A DNA stretch of 64,000 bases, taken from assembly GCA_965203275.1 (NCBI GenBank), contig OZ241865.1, positions 480,001-544,000 of the forward strand. Reading direction: 5' to 3'. Source of the DNA: Bdellovibrionales bacterium. GTDB taxonomy: Bacteria; Bdellovibrionota; Bdellovibrionia; Bdellovibrionales; JAUICD01. Shown in pieces: positions 1-7,150 of the stretch. A program made the translations under genes and the position numbers. The first letter of the stretch is position 1. Every line of letters starts with the position of its first letter. Under the pieces are notes generated by a model. That model made no database searches. It was not told the origin of the DNA and was given only the letters and a program-made list of their open reading frames with translations.

Positions 1-78
1 TCACAAGTCAAAAAGGTAAGAAAGAACAATTAAGAGGATCAATTAAATTATTAATAAAAGAATTCAGAGGGGATATTT

Positions 79-471
79 ATGTTTGCTCATTCAAAAGATT
101 TTTTTTCAAAGGAATTTATAGAAGAATGCCATCAAAGCTTATTAGAACAGAAAACGAAGCTTATGAATAGATCTCGTTCTAACCATGAAGAACTGAGAAG
201 ACACAGCACGGAGAGAGGAGGGGATGAAACAGATTTGGCAGTTAAAAGTTCGATGGAATCAGGAATTGTGCATAATCAACATCGTTTACGGCACCAGCTT
301 TTAGAGATAGAAGTCGCTCTATCAAAGATTGCTGAGGGGACTTATGGAATCTGTGAAGAGACGGAAGAACCTATTGAAGTTAAAAGACTTCAGGCTATTC
401 CTTGGACAAGGTTTAGTATTGAAGGAGCTGAGATTAGAGAGTCTGTTCAAAAGCAATATCATGCAGGATAA
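79..471 (+). CDS. dksA: DksA/TraR family transcription factor (degenerate, one-Cys zinc finger)
   Basis: Coiled coil with GDETD (DxxD-type tip) and C-terminal GTYGICEETEEPIEVKRLQAIPWTRFSIEGAE; RBS-like GAGGGG upstream. Confidence 0.85.
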   Translation: MFAHSKDFFSKEFIEECHQSLLEQKTKLMNRSRSNHEELRRHSTERGGDETDLAVKSSMESGIVHNQHRLRHQLLEIEVALSKIAEGTYGICEETEEPIEVKRLQAIPWTRFSIEGAEIRESVQKQYHAG

Positions 472-707
472 AAACCTACCTTGATCATCACAATCAACGT
501 GAGCAAGACGAAAGAATAGCATCAAATTTCTTGTTGTCTTTGTCTAAAAAACATTTAAAAATTAAATGGTTAGGCTTATCCATTGTATTATGAAATATGA
601 GTTTTTTTATTTTGAGTCATCTATTTGAGTCATCTATACGATAGCCTACTTAAGACATAAGAACATTTATTCAAGTCAAGTCAAAATGCATTTTGAGGAA
701 AATCATA

Positions 708-2138
708 ATGAAAAATTGGTACACTACAAACTTAGGTAAAGTAGAAGGTCCATTTTCCTTATCACAAATAGAACTTAAAATTCAACAAAAAGAAATCTAT
801 CCAGAAGATTTAATTTATCGCTCCGGAGAAAAAGAATGGATACCTATTAAGGATCGGTGGCAGTTTCAAAAGATCATTCTTAGAAGTCGTATTTCTCATA
901 ATAAAGACATTCCTAAAAAAGATTGGACTGTTTATCAGAAGTATCTCAAACAGAAAGCAACATCTCCTCTTGCTTTTCAGTATGCTTCTTATAGTACAAA
1001 AGAAGTCATCAAAGCTTTACATAAAGGAGAGATATCTTATTCTGACTGGATTTGGACTGAAGGCATGAAAGAATGGCAAATGATTCGTCATTTACCTCAA
1101 TTCAATCATTTTATATCTCACAAATTTAAAAAACATAAGAAGCCTGTAGATTTAGGACAGGTCAGTGATACAGAATTACGTCAATCAGTGGTTCAAGCAA
1201 AACCTCCATCTTCTATAATATCTTCTTTAATAGACACAGAAAGACCATCTGAAGTTACTAGTTCTAATTTAGCAAAACAATTTGTTGATCTTCGTTTTTA
1301 TAACAAAACACCATTAAGGAAAAATAAAATTGTTATGTCTTTGGCTTCTTTGTTTATTATTGTGGGTTTGGTTATGTTATCTTTTTTTACAGACTCTTCA
1401 CAGCAAGTGCAGAAATTATTATCAGAAAAACCTTTTATCTTAGAATATAATGTTTTACACAATGGCTTAGAAATACATTTTCAATCAAGACAACAAACTG
1501 AAGAGACAATACAATTAAAAATCAAGAATAAAGAAAACCAAATTTTAAGTACCAATAACTTTGAACGCAATGTTTTGATTCGATTAGATAAAAATGGTCA
1601 GGCTATTTTACGTTTAGATCATTTAAGCTTACCAGAGGGTTATTATTATTTTTCAGGTCAAATAGCAGAGGCTTCTTTTAGTCATAGTTTTTTTATTGGA
1701 GAAGATAAAGACAACTTTGCTTATAACTTATCTGAATTTCGTAGAATCAGACAAGAAGAAAAAAAGAAACTTGAAAACATTAAAAAAAAGGTTATGGCTA
1801 AAACTATTCCTCGCATTCCTAAAGGTATGAAGAGTTTTTATGGTCAGATCAGAGAGTTAGAAAAAGGTTATGATCGTTATCATAAAAGTATAGAAGAATG
1901 GAGAATATTTTATTCTTCTTGGGAGGAGGCCTTGCATGAAATTGACTCATTAGATTTAGAAAAGCAATCATTGGATATAGGCTTAGTACAGGAATTGCAA
2001 AACATAGAGCAAGATTTAAAAATGATGAGTCAAAATATGGATCAATCTATAAAAGAACAAAATTTAAAAGAGTTTTCTCTTCTATCTCCACAAGTGGCTG
2101 TCTTTTTAGAGAAAGTCAAAAACCAACAATCATTTTAA
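708..2138 (+). CDS. GYF_2/DUF4339-domain membrane protein
   Basis: Two GYF_2-like segments (WY..VEGPFS..DLIYRSGEKEW; DWIWTEGMKEW), one central TM helix, coiled-coil C-terminus; ATG 708 follows GAGG. Confidence 0.7.
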   Translation: MKNWYTTNLGKVEGPFSLSQIELKIQQKEIYPEDLIYRSGEKEWIPIKDRWQFQKIILRSRISHNKDIPKKDWTVYQKYLKQKATSPLAFQYASYSTKEVIKALHKGEISYSDWIWTEGMKEWQMIRHLPQFNHFISHKFKKHKKPVDLGQVSDTELRQSVVQAKPPSSIISSLIDTERPSEVTSSNLAKQFVDLRFYNKTPLRKNKIVMSLASLFIIVGLVMLSFFTDSSQQVQKLLSEKPFILEYNVLHNGLEIHFQSRQQTEETIQLKIKNKENQILSTNNFERNVLIRLDKNGQAILRLDHLSLPEGYYYFSGQIAEASFSHSFFIGEDKDNFAYNLSEFRRIRQEEKKKLENIKKKVMAKTIPRIPKGMKSFYGQIRELEKGYDRYHKSIEEWRIFYSSWEEALHEIDSLDLEKQSLDIGLVQELQNIEQDLKMMSQNMDQSIKEQNLKEFSLLSPQVAVFLEKVKNQQSF

Positions 2139-2411
2139 AGTTGACTTTGAACACTATGTATAAGGCATTTATAAAGAAACTACAAAAGAAGCACAATAAA
2201 TGCAGGAAGGCTTTTTATGAAATTATGAAATTTCTTATGGATCACAATAATTCATTAGAAAAATCTAAGAAATTTATCTTTCATCAAGTGTGTCTGGAAA
2301 AAAGGAACATATACATCAAAATTCAAGATAGAGATGAAATGAGAATATTTGCAAAGTGAAGAGAGTAGAAAGTTTAAAAATCATTAAATTCAACTCAAAC
2401 AAGATGCAGAG

Positions 2412-4112
2412 ATGTTGTTAGAAATAAAGAAAAGCCTTGCAGAAAGTTTATTGCCATTGTTTCAAGGGACATCTTGGCAAAAAGAAGACATTGAAAAAAT
2501 ACTGACACTGCCAAAACTTTTTTCACACGGGCATTTAGCACTTCCTGTCTTTACACTAGCAAAAGAACTGAAAAAATCACCACAAGAAATAGCTTCTAAA
2601 ATAACTCAAGAAGTTCAAATGCAAAATATCAATGGGGTGACAAACATCAAAGCTATTGGTGGTTTTGTAAATTTTCATTTCTCTAGTAGCTATCTTGCTC
2701 AAATTTTATGTCGATTTGTCTTTAGTAAACCTAACGATCAAACACAACAAAAACCTTCAAAGAAAATCATTATAGAATATTCTTCCCCTAATGTAGCGAA
2801 ACCATTGGGCATAGGTCACCTGAGGGCCACTGTCATTGGGCAAGCACTTTGTCATTTAGCTCACACACAGGGTTTTCAAGTGATTAGATGGAATCATCTT
2901 GGAGATTGGGGTGTGCAGTTTGGTCATTTGGTCCATGCTTATCAAAAATGGCACCATGAGTACTCATTTGAAAAAGAACCTCTCGAGTCCCTCTACAAAT
3001 TATATGTGCGATTTCATAATGAAATGAAAACTCATCCTGAGCTTAAGGACAAAGGAGAAGAGTGCTTTAAAAAACTAGAATCTGGAGATCCTGAAATAAC
3101 TCAGCTTTGGAAATTATTTATCTCTATCACAACAAAAGAACATGAAAAACTTTATAATCTTTTAGATGTTCAATTTGATATTGTCCAAGGAGAGTCTTTT
3201 TATAATGATCAATTAGACGCCACTGTCAAAAGAATTCAAGACGCTGGTTGCCTGCAAGAAAGTCAGGGAGCTTCTGTGGTTTTTCTTAAAAATGGTCCTC
3301 CTTGCATTATCAAAAAATCAGATGGATCTTCAATCTATGCTACGAGAGATATTGCCAGTGCTATCTATCGCCATGAAGTCATCAAAGCAGATAGAATATT
3401 ATATGTTGTAGGGTCTGAACAGTCTCTCCATTTCAAACAAATATTTGAAGTACTCGATCAAATGAAATATGAATGGGCTAAGAACTGTCATCATATTGCC
3501 TTTGGTCTTTACCACTTTAGAGATAGTAAAATGTCAACAAGAACTGGCAATGTGATCTTTATGGAAGATGTTCTTAATGAGGCTATTTCCAGGACTTCAC
3601 ATATCATAGAGACTAAAAACCCTCAAATTTCAAACAAAGCAGAGGTTGCAAAACAAGTGGGTATAGGAGCTGTGATCTTCAATGACCTAATGTGCGACCG
3701 TATCAAAAACATTGATTTTAATTGGTCTAATGTGTTGAACTTTGAGGGGGATAGCGGTCCTTATGTTCAATATTCTCTTGTTCGTTGTCGGAGTCTTCTT
3801 AAAAAATATACAAAAGAAATACTTCCTTATTTTAAACAAAATCTTACAACACAAGAAGAAATGCAAATATTAGTGATGTTAGTTACTTTTTCAGAAATTC
3901 TACAACAAGCATGGAGAACATTTAAGCCTCATATTTTAGCTCAATATGTATTGAAACTATGTCAAGAATTTAGTTCTTTTTATAATAAGCATAGAATTTT
4001 AGGAGAAGATCCGGATATAGAAGCAAGTAGAATGACTCTTGTGTATTGCATTGAACATATTTTAAGTCAGAGTCTTGGTATTTTAGGAGTACCTACTCCT
4101 TCAGAGATGTAA
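2412..4112 (+). CDS. argS: Arginine--tRNA ligase
   Basis: EYSSPNVAKPLGIGHLR, HLGDWGVQFG, KMSTRTGN, GDSGPYVQY motifs. Confidence 0.97.
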   Translation: MLLEIKKSLAESLLPLFQGTSWQKEDIEKILTLPKLFSHGHLALPVFTLAKELKKSPQEIASKITQEVQMQNINGVTNIKAIGGFVNFHFSSSYLAQILCRFVFSKPNDQTQQKPSKKIIIEYSSPNVAKPLGIGHLRATVIGQALCHLAHTQGFQVIRWNHLGDWGVQFGHLVHAYQKWHHEYSFEKEPLESLYKLYVRFHNEMKTHPELKDKGEECFKKLESGDPEITQLWKLFISITTKEHEKLYNLLDVQFDIVQGESFYNDQLDATVKRIQDAGCLQESQGASVVFLKNGPPCIIKKSDGSSIYATRDIASAIYRHEVIKADRILYVVGSEQSLHFKQIFEVLDQMKYEWAKNCHHIAFGLYHFRDSKMSTRTGNVIFMEDVLNEAISRTSHIIETKNPQISNKAEVAKQVGIGAVIFNDLMCDRIKNIDFNWSNVLNFEGDSGPYVQYSLVRCRSLLKKYTKEILPYFKQNLTTQEEMQILVMLVTFSEILQQAWRTFKPHILAQYVLKLCQEFSSFYNKHRILGEDPDIEASRMTLVYCIEHILSQSLGILGVPTPSEM

Positions 4113-4121
4113 AATTATTTT

Positions 4122-4177
4122 GGGATCCGGGATCCGGCATCTGGGATCTGGCATCCGGGATCCGGGATCTGGCATCC
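4122..4177 (+). repeat. 7-bp tandem array (GGGATCY/GGCATCY) x8
   Basis: gggatcc gggatcc ggcatct gggatct ggcatcc gggatcc gggatct ggcatcc, directly upstream of a core-unit head. Confidence 0.95.
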
Positions 4178-5038
4178 AAAGGAACTGTTTCCTTAACATA
4201 ATGTTAAGAGACGAAGAGATCCTTTCTACTCAAAGTGAACAAGCTTTTGAGGCGATGACCATTTTGTCAAAGGCGAAAGCCTTTGCGGTCATCGCCCAAA
4301 AGTGACCAGAGGTCAGTTCACTTTGAGTGAAACAAAACGAACTTTTTCCTTAACATCGTGTTAAAAAATGAGGAGATCCTCCCTACTCAAAATGAGCAGT
4401 TTTTTTGCGGCATTGCTCTTTTTAGACAGCGTAAGCTGTCAGAGCAAACATCCGAAGGAAATCTTTTTCCTTAACATGCTGTTAAGAAATGAGGACATCC
4501 TTCTTCCTAAAATTGAACAAGCTTTTGAGGGAGTTAGCCTTTGATCGACGACGATAGCCAAAAGGTGTAAGAAAGAACTTTTTCCTTAACATGGAGTTAA
4601 GGGACGAAGGGATCCTCCCTACTAAAAGTGGTCAAGCTTTCTAGGCAATGACCATTTTGCCAATGGCGAAAGCCATTGCGGTCATTGCCAGAAAGTAGCC
4701 AGAGGCTAGACCACTTTTAGTGAGCCAATGCCCAAAAACAGCCAGAGGCTGGTTTACTTTTAGTGAGACAACTCCTCCAGCCTGCCCCCGCCTCCCACTC
4801 ATAATAATATTTATGTTTTTTGAAAATTACGCAGAATCTAAAAAAAATAAAAAAAACAAAAAAACGAACTTTTTCCTTAACATCGTGTTAAAAAATGAGG
4901 AGATCCTCCCTACTCAAAGTGAACAGGCTTTTGAGACAATGACCACTTTGTCAAAGGCGAAAGCCTTTGCGGTCATTGTCCAAAAGTGGCCAGAGGCCAG
5001 TTCACTTTGAGTGAAACAGACCACTTTGAGTGAAACAA
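4122..5038 (+). mobile_element. Structured repeat mosaic, locus 1 (three complete core units 4188-4333, 4581-4723, 4872-5017; two 5' halves; 3' fragments; half long-hairpin)
   Basis: Recurrent TTTCCTTAACA-N3-TGTTAA heads, nested inverted repeats, CCAGAGG loops and AGTGAAAC tails shared with eight other loci; mobility is inferred from dispersal. Confidence 0.85.
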
Positions 5039-5138
5039 CGCACCGCATTATCAGCATAGAGTAAAGAGAAAATATCTTGTTTTTTTTAACATAGTGTGTT
5101 AAAAGACATCTTTGTTTAACAAGCAAAGAGATGTACAA

Positions 5139-6839
5139 GTGACGAAAAAATATATTTTATCTTATTTATTGTTTATTGTTTTGCTGACTGCCAGTGGTTC
5201 TGTAGGGGGGAGGGCCAGTGGTTCTGTAGGGAGGGGGGCTTGTGCTGAAAGCCTTATGGTACACGGACAACTTGACGGCAGAACTTTAAGAGAGCTTGCT
5301 CCTAGCTCTCAATATATGTTACATAAAGCTTCGTTAATAGCTTATGCTTCTGGGTCTCAAACAGTGAACGCAAAACACATTCTTCTGGCAGCTTTGACGA
5401 GAGTTGAGACTTCAAATAAAAAGCTCAATCGCTTGAATATGCCAGATCCCATAGATAACACTCCACATTTTAATGGTATAGCTCTTGCTTTGAAAAAATA
5501 TATACATATAACTATGGATAGATTTGCTTCTCATTTTAAAGAAATAGAAGGAGTCCATTTAAGAAGATTTCAAGAAGCTCTCTTAAAGAGTTTACATATT
5601 CCGTTAAAGCCGTTACAACCTATTAAGTTTCCTGACTCCATCTTATTTGAGGTAAAAAATAATGATTTACTTGTTCTTCATTTAGGGGATCTAGATTTTA
5701 TACCTACCCTTATATATGATGAAAGTGCGATTGCTTTAATTAAGGTAGCCATTGTTTATACTAGAAGTGTCGCTTCGAGTTATGCTTCGAGGTATATGTA
5801 TGACATGAATGACGATAGACATATAAATTACAATAGAGAAGACAATTTCTATCCCTTACCAGTAACTCCAGAGTATTTCTTTCTTGCACTCCGTGGCAGA
5901 TATAGAAGAAATTCCTTTCTTGACATAGAGACACAAAAACTTCATGAACTTGTAGGGGATATATTTTTTGATATAGGAGTAGGAATAAGTTATTATTTTT
6001 TTGAGGACTTAGGGAGGATGGTGGCAAATGAACACAAACCTCTTATATTAAGTGCATTAAAGAAAGTAGATGAAGCAGTACAATTAGCTCTTAAGAAGGG
6101 TAGTATAAAAGAGGCAGCAGAGCAATTAGGCTTAACGTATAAAACTTTAAAAGGATGGGTTCTTCAAGATCCAGAAGCAAGTCATCAGCTAGGCCATCAA
6201 ACAAAAGAAGGTGAAGAAAAGGCAATACTTAGTCGCAAGTTAGAAGATCTCTTTGCAGGTCATCAGGAAGGTTTAACTTTAGAGCAGATAAAGGCTGGAA
6301 TATCAGAGTTTGCTAACATGTCAAATCAGACAATTTATAAAAGACTAAGAGAAAATGGATATGAAACTCAAGGAAAAGGAATCGGTCGATTTGGTTTATG
6401 GAATCATCAAGGCCATCAAACAAGAGGAAAGGCAAAACTTCGTCGCAAACTAGAAGCTCTCTTTGCAGGTCATCAGGAAGGTTTAACTTTAGAGCAGATA
6501 AAGGCTGGGATAAGAGAATTCGCTAACATGTCAAATTGGATCATTGAAAGAAGACTAATGGAAAATGGATATGAACGTCAAGGAAATAATCGGTTTGCTT
6601 TACGGGATCAGCAACAAGGCCATCAAACAAAAAAAGGTGAAGAAAAGGCAATACTTCGTCGCAAGTTAGAAGATCTCTTTGCAAATCATCAGGAAGGTTT
6701 AACTTTCGAGCAGATAAAGGCTGGAATATCAGAGTTCGCTAACATATCACGGGCGACAATTTATAAAAGACTAATGGAAAATGGATATGAGGCTCAAGGA
6801 CACGGTACGGTTGCTTTATGGTATCCGCAAGGCCATTAA
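5139..6839 (+). CDS. Putative secreted protein with Clp-N-like repeats, an HTH and three tandem ~70-aa helical (wHTH-like) repeats
   Basis: Hydrophobic N-terminus; MLHKASLIAYASGSQTVNAKHILLAAL and VTPEYFFLAL resemble Clp-N repeats; SIKEAAEQLGLTYKTLKGWV HTH; three DNA repeats start at 6192, 6411 and 6618. Start (GTG 5139 vs TTG 5112) uncertain. Confidence 0.6.
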   Translation: MTKKYILSYLLFIVLLTASGSVGGRASGSVGRGACAESLMVHGQLDGRTLRELAPSSQYMLHKASLIAYASGSQTVNAKHILLAALTRVETSNKKLNRLNMPDPIDNTPHFNGIALALKKYIHITMDRFASHFKEIEGVHLRRFQEALLKSLHIPLKPLQPIKFPDSILFEVKNNDLLVLHLGDLDFIPTLIYDESAIALIKVAIVYTRSVASSYASRYMYDMNDDRHINYNREDNFYPLPVTPEYFFLALRGRYRRNSFLDIETQKLHELVGDIFFDIGVGISYYFFEDLGRMVANEHKPLILSALKKVDEAVQLALKKGSIKEAAEQLGLTYKTLKGWVLQDPEASHQLGHQTKEGEEKAILSRKLEDLFAGHQEGLTLEQIKAGISEFANMSNQTIYKRLRENGYETQGKGIGRFGLWNHQGHQTRGKAKLRRKLEALFAGHQEGLTLEQIKAGIREFANMSNWIIERRLMENGYERQGNNRFALRDQQQGHQTKKGEEKAILRRKLEDLFANHQEGLTFEQIKAGISEFANISRATIYKRLMENGYEAQGHGTVALWYPQGH

Positions 6840-6942
6840 CCCCAAAAAGATAAAGGTTTGTAAAAGCTAATGATATGAATGGGAAAGAGTCTGGTCTTAG
6901 GGCAATGATTTTGAAATTTAAGAAATAAATTGAAGATCCAGC

Positions 6943-7065
6943 TCAAAAGTAGCCAGAGGCTAGTTGACTTTTAGTGAAAAAGATAAGAAGGCGGTAGCCT
7001 TCAGCTGGCAACCAGAAAGTGACCAGAGGTCAGGCCACTTTTAGGGAAACAACACCCTCCCCCCT
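6943..7065 (+). repeat. Structured repeat mosaic, locus 2 (two tandem 3' halves of core units)
   Basis: caaaagtagccagaggctagttgacttttagtgaaa and gaaggcggtagccttcagctggcaaccagaaagtgaccagaggtcaggccacttttagggaaac. Confidence 0.85.
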
Positions 7066-7150
7066 ATTGAAAATTCGAGCTTGCCTAAGCAAAAAACATT
7101 TCTTAAAATAAATCCATTGTGTATAAAAACATTGATCAAAAGGAGTCAAC

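Noticed and set aside
2141..2359. 72-aa ORF between the GYF protein gene and argS
   Set aside because: TTG start without RBS and no recognisable motif; it cannot be supported, though a small gene is not excluded.
4190..4210. dif/XerD site (TTAACATAA)
   Set aside because: Only one copy matches the XerD half-site; no XerC arm or 6-bp spacer, and the motif is multi-copy.
4220..4335. Hammerhead ribozyme (stem followed by GAAAC)
   Set aside because: The required CUGANGA core 5' of the stem is absent in all copies.
4188..5038. CRISPR array interpretation
   Set aside because: No constant 25-45-bp repeat with unique equal-length spacers, mixed orientations at other loci, and no cas genes.
4120..5138. 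Short ORFs inside repeat loci (e.g. 4120-4305, 4720-5010, 28264-28569, 28797-29123, 42144-42431, 49821-50343)
   Set aside because: They occur on both strands and in different frames. Variation between copies preserves base pairing, not codons, so these are translations of non-coding repeats.
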